Shown here in pieces: positions 23,695 to 31,653 of a stretch of DNA of 64,000 bases (positions within the stretch are counted from its first letter, which is position 1; every line of letters starts with the position of its first letter). The stretch spans positions 87,944 through 151,943 of the forward strand of contig JBAZMW010000001.1 in assembly GCA_041649575.1 (NCBI GenBank), written 5' to 3'. A program made the position numbers and the translations under genes. Source of the DNA: Patescibacteria group bacterium. GTDB lineage: Bacteria; Patescibacteriota; Patescibacteriia; 2-01-FULL-39-33. The notes beneath the pieces are model-generated. The model ran no database searches and had not been told where the DNA came from. It worked only from the letters and a program-made list of their open reading frames with translations.

Positions 23695-25164
23695 CTAAAA
23701 ACAAATGATCCGCGATAGCTCAATGGTAGAGCAACCGGCTGTTAACCGGTAGGTTGCTGGTTCGAATCCAGCTCGCGGAGCCAAGAAACTAGATACGAAC
23801 TCATTTTTTGAAGATGAGAGTGTTCGCTCGCCCAGCCCCGCCAATGGCGGGGCTGGCCTTCGCTCCGCGACGGCTTCGCCGTCGTTTTGGCGGGAAATGA
23901 AGCGAATTTTAATGCTTTCGGGGGAATAGAAAATGTTTGAAAGAAACTTTTTAGCAAAAAGATTTCTTTCAATTCCTTTGGTAGTTTTGAGTCCGGTAAT
24001 GAAAAATTTTAGAGTGTCCGAAATGCTTTCGGTGGAAAATTTAGAGCATCCATCCGTTAGTTCGTATCCAGCGCGGTGTCCCGCTTGTTCGTCGTTGTTT
24101 AAGCGAAAAACAAGATTTTCAACATAATTTTTATCAACCGAAATGCGCTCTAAATTTTCCAAACAAAAATCTTCTAATCGTTCGGCGGACACTTGTTTTA
24201 CTGAACACGCTTGCCAGTCCTGTTTCATCGTGGCGGTGCAACGATAGTAATAATAGCGGTTCAATTTTCCAGCGATATATTTGTTGGTAAAACAAGAAGT
24301 CATATTTGAACCACACTCTTCACATTTTATAAGTCCGCCGAACAGGAAGTTTTTGTACACTCTAAAATTTTTCCGCTTTTCCTTATGAATTTTTTGAGCA
24401 AGGGCAAAAATTTCTTCTGAAATTATCGGCTTGTGAATACCTTGATAAATTTCGCCATTGTGTAAAACCTTACCTATGTAGATAACATTTCGCAAAATGT
24501 GGCTGATATTTGTTTTAGAGAAATTTTTGCCTAACTTATTTTTGATACCTCTATCTTTCAGCATTTGGTAAGTTTTCGCCGTTGAGCCGGTTTCAATATA
24601 AGTTTCAAAAATTGATTTTATTTCTTCCGCTTCTTTTTGGTGCGGGATAAGTTTCTTATCTTCTCGCTTGTAGCCATAAGGAGTTAGCCCGCCGTTTGCG
24701 AGCCCCTTTTTCGCGCGCTCCAACATTTTGTCTTTTGTTCTCTCGCTGGTTAGCTCTCGCTCAAATTGAGAAAAAGTGAGCATAATATTGCGAAGCAATC
24801 TTCCGGCGGGCGTTGAAGTATCAAACCTTTCCGTAATGGAAATAAAATCAATTTTTGCTTGCTCAAAAAATTCTATCAGTTGGTAAAAATCTTTTGGAGA
24901 ACGAGTGAGCCGATCGATTTTGTAGACCAAAACCACATCAATTTTTTCTTTTTTCAAATCAGCAAGTAATTCCTGCAAGGCGGGACGTTGTAAAATTGCG
25001 CCAGAAAATCCAGCGTCGTTATAAACTTTAAAAACCTGCCAATCATTTTGACTTTCGATAAACGACCGGATTTTCTGCTCTTGCGCTTCGCAAGATGAAA
25101 ATTCTTTTTCCGCTTGGTTATCAGTTGAAACTCTTGTATAAATGGCGCAATTTTTCATATTCAT
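23695..25164 (-). CDS. large serine recombinase/integrase. The ORF reads through the att arm and the antisense tRNA; the functional core is about 23930-25164.
   Basis: N-terminal catalytic motif AIYTRVSTDNQ, a recombinase domain, and a zinc ribbon (CEECGS...YYYYRC) followed by a coiled coil. The C-terminal AGFEPATYRLTAG is translated antisense tRNA. Confidence 0.88.
   Translation of the reverse strand: MNMKNCAIYTRVSTDNQAEKEFSSCEAQEQKIRSFIESQNDWQVFKVYNDAGFSGAILQRPALQELLADLKKEKIDVVLVYKIDRLTRSPKDFYQLIEFFEQAKIDFISITERFDTSTPAGRLLRNIMLTFSQFERELTSERTKDKMLERAKKGLANGGLTPYGYKREDKKLIPHQKEAEEIKSIFETYIETGSTAKTYQMLKDRGIKNKLGKNFSKTNISHILRNVIYIGKVLHNGEIYQGIHKPIISEEIFALAQKIHKEKRKNFRVYKNFLFGGLIKCEECGSNMTSCFTNKYIAGKLNRYYYYRCTATMKQDWQACSVKQVSAERLEDFCLENLERISVDKNYVENLVFRLNNDEQAGHRAGYELTDGCSKFSTESISDTLKFFITGLKTTKGIERNLFAKKFLSNIFYSPESIKIRFISRQNDGEAVAERRPAPPLAGLGERTLSSSKNEFVSSFLAPRAGFEPATYRLTAGCSTIELSRIICF
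23709..23783 (+). tRNA. tRNA-Asn (anticodon GTT)
   Basis: Acceptor TCCGCGA/TCGCGGA, anticodon loop CTGTTAA, T-loop GGTTCGAATCC, CCA encoded. Its 3' end forms the attL core of the element. Confidence 0.88.
23778..23927 (+). repeat. attL arm (P') of the integrative element. It is the inverted copy of 25202-25353.
   Basis: 150 bp with 1 mismatch to the reverse complement of 25202-25353. It begins with GGAGCCAA, which overlaps the tRNA-Asn 3' end. Confidence 0.9.
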
Positions 25165-25201
25165 AAATTTATATTATTAGTTTTTAAAAAGAAAAAATTG
25201 A

Positions 25202-25555
25202 ATTCCCCCGAAAGCATTAAAATCCGCTTCATTTCCCGCCAAAACGACGGCGAAGCCGTCGCGGAGCGAAGGCCAGCCCCGCCATTGGCGGGGCTGGGCG
25301 AGCGAACACTCTCATCTTCAAAAAATGAGTTCGTATCTAGTTTCTTGGCTCCCGAATTAAAACCTTCGCAAACTTTTGAAATTATTTTGCCAAATCTGAT
25401 ACACAAATCCAAAAAGCGAAACCTGAAATGATACGCCCCGCCACTATTTTTCTGGGGCAAAGGAGGCGGGGCGACGGACTCGCCCGCGCAGAGGAGGGGT
25501 CTGGGGAGGAATCCGCGCGGGCTTCGGCTTTCCTTTTTGAAAAAATCGGCGGCTA
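25202..25555 (+). repeat. composite attP-like repeat (inverted): arm a 25202-25353, core around 25345-25353, arm b 25345-25555
   Basis: The left part is the reverse complement of 23778-23927 and the right part is the reverse complement of 28523-28733 (211/211). It contains GC-rich hairpins. Confidence 0.9.
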
Positions 25556-25633
25556 AAAATTGAAGAAAAATAAAATTCATGTTAGTATAGTTGTGAGGGT
25601 TAAGTTCAACGCTCATACTTATACTATCATACT

Positions 25634-25843
25634 ATGGAAAGTAATAAAAAACAAATTGGGGATAAAATTAAAGCCGTCCGCACAAAACAAGGATTGACGC
25701 AGGATGCCCTTGCTCGAAAATGTGATATTCCCTACACAACACTGACAAAAATTGAATCAAATGTCATAACCAAGCCGTCAATCCAAACAGTTGTTAAGAT
25801 TGCCACAGGGTTGGGCATTTCAGTAGATGAACTTTTGAAATGA
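25634..25843 (+). CDS. XRE-family helix-turn-helix transcriptional regulator
   Basis: HTH_3 motif (LTQDALARKCDIPYTTLTKIESN). Upstream are direct repeats of CATACT/TATACT. Confidence 0.85.
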   Translation: MESNKKQIGDKIKAVRTKQGLTQDALARKCDIPYTTLTKIESNVITKPSIQTVVKIATGLGISVDELLK

Positions 25844-25844
25844 T

Positions 25845-27302
25845 ATGAAATTAACCTCGCTTACAATAAAAAATTTTCGAAGTATTGAAGAGGAAACTTT
25901 TGATATTACAGAAGTTGATAACACCTATACTTTTACGCTCATAGGCATTAACGAATCCGGGAAAAGTAGTTTTTTGAAAGCAGTTTCGTTGGTTGATAAT
26001 GATGATGAAAAAGTTATTTTCCCTAAAGATTATTTTGAGGAAACAGAATCAATTAGCATTGTTTTGAATTACGAGCTTGAAACACAAGAAGAAAAAGACC
26101 TAAAAAGTGCTCTTACAGAAAAGGGATTTGAGAAAGACATTTTATCAAAAATAAAGGTCGAACAGGTTTCTGTTTGTGCGACTTTTGAACCGGTGGCAAA
26201 TGCACCAAAGAAAGTTTTTGATCAGATTACATTTCAGCAAAAAGTTTTTGACGACTACACCTTACTTGGCGACAAACCTACTAAAAAAGACCCACAACAA
26301 ACACAGGAGGATTTTGACATTGAGAAGTATTTTGAAGTGCATTTGCCGAAATATTTTTGGAAAATTGCTCACAGGATTGTTTTTTGGAAATCTGATAGTA
26401 AGCACCTTATCAATGAACAAATAAACCTTGATACATTTGCTGCTAACCCTGAAGAAACATCAATCCCATTGATAAATTGCTTTGAGTTGGCTGGTGTGGC
26501 ACAAGATCAAATTGTCTCGCAAGTTGCTAAACTAAAAACTGACGATGCTGAGATAGATAATCTTGAAGAAAAGCTTGGAGACAAAGTAACTGCCCATATC
26601 AAGAAAGTTTGGTCTAATCATCCAATCAAAATAAAATTTAAGATAAATAATTCATTGCTAACACTTCTCGTTGAGGATGATAAAGTAAAATACAAATCAA
26701 AGACAACCGAGCAGAGAAGTGATGGCTTTCGGCAGTTTATTTCATTCCTCCTAACAATTTCGGCAGAAAGCGCGACAAATCAGCTCTCTAATTCTTTGCT
26801 ATTACTTGATGAGCCGGAAACCCATTTGCATCCCCAAGCACAAGAGTATTTGAAAGACGAATTGATTAAGATAACGAGAAATGACGAAAACAACATCGTC
26901 TTTTTTGCCACGCACTCAAACTACATGATTGATAAGGAACATATTGAACGATGTTTTAGAGTTTCCAAACAATCAAACCGAAGGACAAAATTGGAAAAAT
27001 TTCAAGCAGGTCAGAAATCATATGCGGAGGTAAACTATGAAGTTTTTAATATCGTATCTTCTGACTACCACAACGAGCTATATGGATATTTAGAAGATGT
27101 AGACAAAACAAAATTAGATGGATTAGATAAAACGAAAAAGTGGAAGAATAAGAAAAATAATGGTGTAGAGACAGATGTCTCATTGGCAACTTATATTCGA
27201 CATTCAATCCATCATCCCGAAAATACACTTAATGCAAAATTCACTCCCGAAGAATTGGAGGGGTCAATTGAAAGTTTAAGAAAATTGAAATATGGAAACT
27301 AA
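25845..27302 (+). CDS. AAA_15/AAA_21 (OLD-like, SMC/RecF-like ABC) ATPase without a Toprim domain
   Basis: N-terminal LTIKNFRSI...GINESGKSS, Walker B/D-loop LLLLDEPETHLHPQAQ, and His-loop FFATHS. The ~120 aa C-terminal region is uncharacterised. Confidence 0.85.
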   Translation: MKLTSLTIKNFRSIEEETFDITEVDNTYTFTLIGINESGKSSFLKAVSLVDNDDEKVIFPKDYFEETESISIVLNYELETQEEKDLKSALTEKGFEKDILSKIKVEQVSVCATFEPVANAPKKVFDQITFQQKVFDDYTLLGDKPTKKDPQQTQEDFDIEKYFEVHLPKYFWKIAHRIVFWKSDSKHLINEQINLDTFAANPEETSIPLINCFELAGVAQDQIVSQVAKLKTDDAEIDNLEEKLGDKVTAHIKKVWSNHPIKIKFKINNSLLTLLVEDDKVKYKSKTTEQRSDGFRQFISFLLTISAESATNQLSNSLLLLDEPETHLHPQAQEYLKDELIKITRNDENNIVFFATHSNYMIDKEHIERCFRVSKQSNRRTKLEKFQAGQKSYAEVNYEVFNIVSSDYHNELYGYLEDVDKTKLDGLDKTKKWKNKKNNGVETDVSLATYIRHSIHHPENTLNAKFTPEELEGSIESLRKLKYGN

Positions 27303-27615
27303 AAATGTAAAATTTGTTGTTTTTGTTCCACTCTCTCACGCTGGCGCTGTGCGCCAAGCTCTTGGTGAAGCTGGAGCGGGAAAAATAGGAAATTATGACT
27401 TCTGCTCTTTTTCTTCTCGTGGCACCGGTCGCTTTCGCGGTAATGAAAATACAAATCCTACTATTGGCGAAGCCGGAAAATATGAAGCAGTTGAGGAAGA
27501 ACGGATTGAGGTGATAGTGCCACGAGATATTTTGAGAGAAGTCATCGAAAAAGTAAAAAGTGTTCATCCATATGAGGAAGTCGCTTTTGATATTTATCCG
27601 CTAGAAAATATATGA
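27292..27615 (+). CDS. small PII-like protein (Nif3 insertion-domain/CutA-like)
   Basis: KFVVFVPLSHAGAVRQALGEAGAGKIGNYDFCSF...HPYEEVAFDIYPLEN matches the Nif3 central PII-like domain. Its start overlaps the upstream gene's stop. Confidence 0.6.
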   Translation: METKNVKFVVFVPLSHAGAVRQALGEAGAGKIGNYDFCSFSSRGTGRFRGNENTNPTIGEAGKYEAVEEERIEVIVPRDILREVIEKVKSVHPYEEVAFDIYPLENI

Positions 27616-28067
27616 CCGACAAACAATTTCTCCAAAAAGCAATAGAAAAAGCGAGAGAGTCTGTGGCACAGGGTGGTTTTCCTGCTGGTGCGATAGTCGT
27701 TAAAAATGGAGAAATTATCGGCGAAGGAGTTTCTGTCGGCAATAAACTGAACGACCCGACTAGCCACGGCGAAATGGCCTCAATTCGGGCGGCATGCAAA
27801 AACCTCAATACTTCCGATTTATCAAACTCGATACTCTATGCGTCCATGCAACCTTGCCTAATGTGCCTCGGTGCGTCTATGTGGAGCGCGATACCGAAAA
27901 TCGTTTTTGCATGCCCCAAAGAGAAAGTATCGACTGAATACTACGGCGGACATTACAAGCCGTCTGCTATCAACGCAGAACTAACTCGTCCGATTGAATT
28001 AGTCCATTTCGCCGAACTGGAGAACGAATCGTTGACGATCGTCCGCGAGTGGGAAAAATCATTATGA
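27612..28067 (+). CDS. CDA-fold zinc deaminase (TadA/guanine-deaminase-like)
   Basis: Zinc ligands HGEMASIRAA (HxE) and PCLMCLGA (PCxxC). The start overlaps the upstream stop as ATGA. Confidence 0.85.
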   Translation: MTDKQFLQKAIEKARESVAQGGFPAGAIVVKNGEIIGEGVSVGNKLNDPTSHGEMASIRAACKNLNTSDLSNSILYASMQPCLMCLGASMWSAIPKIVFACPKEKVSTEYYGGHYKPSAINAELTRPIELVHFAELENESLTIVREWEKSL

Positions 28068-28525
28068 ACACCGACAAACTCGCAAAATTTCTAAACGAAG
28101 CAAACAAAGCGACCTACGCCAATAAAACTGCGCCAAAAGTCGCACCCTCTCGTTTAAAGTCAGAGGATTACCAATTTGAAAAAGACGGACTAATTTATCA
28201 CGATACTTATTTTGGTGGGCGCGACTTTATCGGCGAGGAAATCGTATACGAAAATGAGAAACCAGCATGGGGCGCAAATTATTTTGGTTTCGTGCTTGAT
28301 AAAAGTATTAGCGAGAAAGATGTATACGATTTTCTGCGCCGTGCGCTCATGCAGGAATATAATGATGTGATTCCAGTACGAGGACCAAGCAACTTTTCCG
28401 TTGACGACAAAGAATATCGTTTTGTTGTGAATGGCGACCTTGCCAATTTCTCTGGCACAGAGGAAATTTTATTTGACGGAAAAGTTGTTTATCGCTGTCT
28501 AATACACGGAGGATTTATTAGATAG
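28064..28525 (+). CDS. DUF5680-like protein of unknown function
   Basis: YHDTYFGGRDFIGEEIVYENEKPAWGANYFG motif. The start overlaps the deaminase stop as ATGA. The stop codon is the first triplet of the attR arm. Confidence 0.6.
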   Translation: MNTDKLAKFLNEANKATYANKTAPKVAPSRLKSEDYQFEKDGLIYHDTYFGGRDFIGEEIVYENEKPAWGANYFGFVLDKSISEKDVYDFLRRALMQEYNDVIPVRGPSNFSVDDKEYRFVVNGDLANFSGTEEILFDGKVVYRCLIHGGFIR

Positions 28526-28733
28526 CCGCCGATTTTTTCAAAAAGGAAAGCCGAAGCCCGCGCGGATTCCTCCCCAGACCCCTCCTCTGCGCGGGCGAGT
28601 CCGTCGCCCCGCCTCCTTTGCCCCAGAAAAATAGTGGCGGGGCGTATCATTTCAGGTTTCGCTTTTTGGATTTGTGTATCAGATTTGGCAAAATAATTTC
28701 AAAAGTTTGCGAAGGTTTTAATTCGGGAGCCAA
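28523..28733 (+). repeat. attR arm (P) of the integrative element, ending in the GGGAGCCAA core
   Basis: 211 bp identical to the reverse complement of 25345-25555. Confidence 0.9.
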
Positions 28734-28743
28734 ATTGTATGTT

Positions 28744-28773
28744 CGCCACCCTTATGGGTGGTGTTTTGTTTTT
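28744..28773 (+). terminator. rho-independent terminator, probably the original tRNA-Asn terminator displaced by the insertion
   Basis: CGCCACCC / GGGTGGTG stem with a TTAT loop and a T-rich tail, immediately after the attR core. Confidence 0.6.
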
Positions 28774-28803
28774 GATTTATTTTTTTGTTATAATCTAGAT
28801 AAG

Positions 28804-29199
28804 ATGAACACCTACAACTGGTATTCACAACTCATCAAACCATTATGGTCACCGCCAAGCTGGCTTTTTGGACCGGTGTGGACGGTGTTATACGCGATTA
28901 TAGTCGTTTCTTTCGGCACGGTGTTTTATAAAATGCTTACAGGCAAAATTACTTGGATTGTCGCTTTACCGTTTGTGCTCAATCTAGTTTTCAATTTTAT
29001 TTTTACGCCAATTCAATTTGGACTTAAAAATAATCTTTTGGCGGCAATAGACATTTTGCTCGTTCTTGGCACACTCGTTTGGGCAATGGCGGCCATTTAT
29101 CCGTATGCTCGTTGGATCGCATACATCCAAATCCCGCACTTGCTCTGGGTTTCGTTCGCGACTGTTTTACAATTAACCATTACTTATTTGAATAGATAG
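28804..29199 (+). CDS. tspO: TspO/MBR family tryptophan-rich sensory protein
   Basis: WYSQLIKPLWSPPSWLFGPVWTVLY and a five-TM topology. Preceded by an extended -10 (TGTTATAAT, 28786-28794). Confidence 0.85.
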   Translation: MNTYNWYSQLIKPLWSPPSWLFGPVWTVLYAIIVVSFGTVFYKMLTGKITWIVALPFVLNLVFNFIFTPIQFGLKNNLLAAIDILLVLGTLVWAMAAIYPYARWIAYIQIPHLLWVSFATVLQLTITYLNR

Positions 29200-29287
29200 A
29201 CGGCACGCTAGTCAATATTGGCACGAAATTCGGCATCAGGGTTTTTTAAAAAATTCGTATTTTAATTAAAAGGCGGAGCTATTAAAC

Positions 29288-29467
29288 ATGAATAAAAATG
29301 GAATTAGAATATTATATTTTATTCTTGCCATACTGCTCGGTATTTTTATGTTTGTATATGGCGGATTTGACGATAGTCCCGGGGGACAACTTATAGGGGT
29401 AATAGTAATTATTATCGGAATTATAGGATTGATAAAGCGCAAGAAAAAAATTTCATTCACCAAATAG
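29288..29467 (+). CDS. small membrane protein (59 aa, below the ORF-track cutoff)
   Basis: ATG at 29288, two hydrophobic helices and a KRKKK tail, followed by a terminator hairpin at 29527-29554. Confidence 0.4.
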   Translation: MNKNGIRILYFILAILLGIFMFVYGGFDDSPGGQLIGVIVIIIGIIGLIKRKKKISFTK

Positions 29468-29526
29468 AGCAATGATTTAAGTTAACGCATGTCCTGATTT
29501 TATTAATGAGGCGGAGTTAGCAAGAG

Positions 29527-29554
29527 TAACCCCTATTTCAGGGGTTATTTTTTT
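29527..29554 (+). terminator. rho-independent terminator
   Basis: TAACCCC / GGGGTTA stem followed by a T7 run. Confidence 0.65.
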
Positions 29555-29653
29555 AACTAGCAAATCCTGCAAACTGTTCATTATAAATTCTGATTAAAAA
29601 AACGAGGGCGGAGAAAACAAGTTCCCCGCCCTATAAAACGACTCGGTCGCGTT

Positions 29654-31405
29654 CTAGACCTCTGCCTTCAGCGCGCCGTGATGGGCTACCCCCTTCTTAC
29701 GCAGCTCTCCACCCGTTCCCTCCAGTAGGATGGTCAGGTTTGCCCCCTCTTCTCCCTGACCGCAGAGCAACTGGCTGGCCGCCAGCATGTAGGTGACGAG
29801 CACGTAGTGAGCACCCATCTCATACAGCTCCATAGCTTTCTTCCTGGAGTCCACAATCCCGATAAAGTTGACCTCGGGGTTCTGCTCCTTGACGTGTCTT
29901 AGAAGCAACTCCGTGTCTCTCATGTCGGGAATGGATGAGAACACGGTTTGGATTTTGGACCAGTCTATAAGAGCCAGCACCTCATGACTCGAGGTGTCCC
30001 CAAAGATGCAGGGCACCTTGTCTCGTTCCAGTTGAGCAATGACGTCGGGGTTGTGATCTATAACCACATATTTCTTCCCGAGCTTACGTAACGCTCGTTC
30101 CAGGATTCGGCCCAGCCGGTCGTGTCCCACCAGAACCACTTCGAACCCGTCTCGTGTCGCTATCTCCGTGCCATCTTGCAGCTGCTTCCTGGAGGTCAGA
30201 CGATCCAGCCATTTCAGTCTGTCGCCCAGCAGCCGATAGAGCGACTGGCTGTATTTCATGGAGTACGACGATAGGGCAATAGACACGACCGTGATGATAA
30301 TGATCGGCGACAGCAGCGACGGGCTGAGGTGGCCCAGGGCAATGCCTTGAGCTATCAGGATGAGACTGAACTCGGACAATTGGCCGACTGCCAGGCCTAC
30401 ACTGAAAGAGGTAGACCGGCGATAGCCAAACAGCCCCACAATAACCATCGTCATTATCGGCTTGATCACCATGGCGATCACCGAGAAGACAACAATTAGC
30501 AGCCAGTACTGCGAGAGGGTGCTGTAGAATGTCAGGACCTTCAACTGGTCGACCGTTTCAGTAAACAGCGACTCCGGAGCCAACTGCAGTCCCAAAGAGG
30601 CAAAGAACAGCACCGTGAAGAAGCTTTTCAGTGCCTCCAGGTCGCCGATGATCTCATAGCGATAACAGAGACGCGCGATAGCCAGCCCCGCCAGAAAAGA
30701 GCCGATGCCCATGGACAACTTCTGATGCTGGGCGTAGAACGCCGTGATAAACAGGATGCCCATGGTCACCACAAACAGCACTTCTCTTTCCTTGGCCACA
30801 TACTTGAAGACCTTTGGGAAGACAAACCGCCCGCAGACGAAGACGATTATCAGTATCAGACCGGCGGCCAGCGTCAGCGTCGAGAGCAGGATGTCCGGCG
30901 AGAAGTCATTGATGGTGGTCAGGATGGAGAGGGCAAAAATCGCCATCACGTCCTGCATGACCAGAATGCCAATGACGATCTTGCCGTAGAGGGAGTCCAG
31001 GTCATACTTCTCTCCCAAGACCTTGACGACCAGCATGGTGGAGGAAAAGGCCGAGATCAGCCCGAAATAGACGGCCGTGACATTGCTAAGCCCGAAGAGC
31101 TTGCCGGCGCCAAAGCCCAAGGCAAGGGTTGTGGCTACCTGCAGAGCTCCGCCCAACATCGCCACCGCACCCACTTTCTTGAGCCGTTCCAGGTCCATCT
31201 CGATACCGATAATGAACAACATCACCACGATCGCCACCTCGGAGAGTTCTGCGATGGCTTCGGGATGGTTGATCAGGTTGATCCCGAGAGGCCCCAGGAC
31301 AACTCCCACCAGTACATAAGCGGGAATCATGGGCTGCCTCAAGGCCTTGAATACTAGCCCGGCGATCCCGGCGAGCACGAAAATCGCTCCGATTTGCGCT
31401 ATCAT
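29654..31405 (-). CDS. CPA2 monovalent cation:proton antiporter with a C-terminal RCK/TrkA-N domain (KefB/KefC-like)
   Basis: About 12 TM Na+/H+ exchanger domain plus a Rossmann-like RCK domain (VVLVGHDRLG). GC is ~57% against an AT-rich background. Confidence 0.88.
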   Translation of the reverse strand: MIAQIGAIFVLAGIAGLVFKALRQPMIPAYVLVGVVLGPLGINLINHPEAIAELSEVAIVVMLFIIGIEMDLERLKKVGAVAMLGGALQVATTLALGFGAGKLFGLSNVTAVYFGLISAFSSTMLVVKVLGEKYDLDSLYGKIVIGILVMQDVMAIFALSILTTINDFSPDILLSTLTLAAGLILIIVFVCGRFVFPKVFKYVAKEREVLFVVTMGILFITAFYAQHQKLSMGIGSFLAGLAIARLCYRYEIIGDLEALKSFFTVLFFASLGLQLAPESLFTETVDQLKVLTFYSTLSQYWLLIVVFSVIAMVIKPIMTMVIVGLFGYRRSTSFSVGLAVGQLSEFSLILIAQGIALGHLSPSLLSPIIIITVVSIALSSYSMKYSQSLYRLLGDRLKWLDRLTSRKQLQDGTEIATRDGFEVVLVGHDRLGRILERALRKLGKKYVVIDHNPDVIAQLERDKVPCIFGDTSSHEVLALIDWSKIQTVFSSIPDMRDTELLLRHVKEQNPEVNFIGIVDSRKKAMELYEMGAHYVLVTYMLAASQLLCGQGEEGANLTILLEGTGGELRKKGVAHHGALKAEV

Positions 31406-31597
31406 TAGTCTTCTCCTTTTGCAAAATTGAACGCGATTAAGACATCTTATTATGTGCGATGTTACCTTTACGGATAACTTTTTATTTTATAATAAAAATT
31501 GGGTTTTTGTCAATATAGAAGACATCATTGTTACTAGTAGGATTCTTTCATAATGTTTTATATATTTTTTGTTTTTTTATTTGTGGATAACCAGGTC

Positions 31598-31626
31598 TTG
31601 ACTCTATGTAAAGTATACATTACAAT
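31598..31626 (+). promoter_or_regulatory. sigma70-type promoter TTGACT-17-TACAAT
   Basis: Located in the AT-rich gap upstream of 31654. Confidence 0.55.
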
Positions 31627-31653
31627 AAGTAATATAAGCTTAACTTTATCTAT

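Noticed and set aside
23569-23696. SRP RNA or tmRNA-like element in the GC-rich stretch (CCCCGGAAGAGCAACCGG)
   Set aside because: It lacks the conserved SRP domain IV symmetric loop and tetraloop pairing, and the tRNA-like ends of tmRNA. It is better explained as a tRNA-Asn-derived scar.
25161-25616. ORFs 25161-25616 (minus) and 25198-25431 (plus) within the composite repeat
   Set aside because: They lie entirely inside the att-like repeats. Their peptides are mirror images of the repeat translation (the same PQKNSGGAYHFRF peptide also appears in the 28618 ORF), and the GC-rich hairpins suggest a DNA site rather than coding sequence.
28618-28803. N-terminal extension of the tspO ORF to 28618
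   Set aside because: The extension runs through the attR arm and the terminator hairpin. The TspO core begins at the ATG at 28804 with an extended -10 just upstream.
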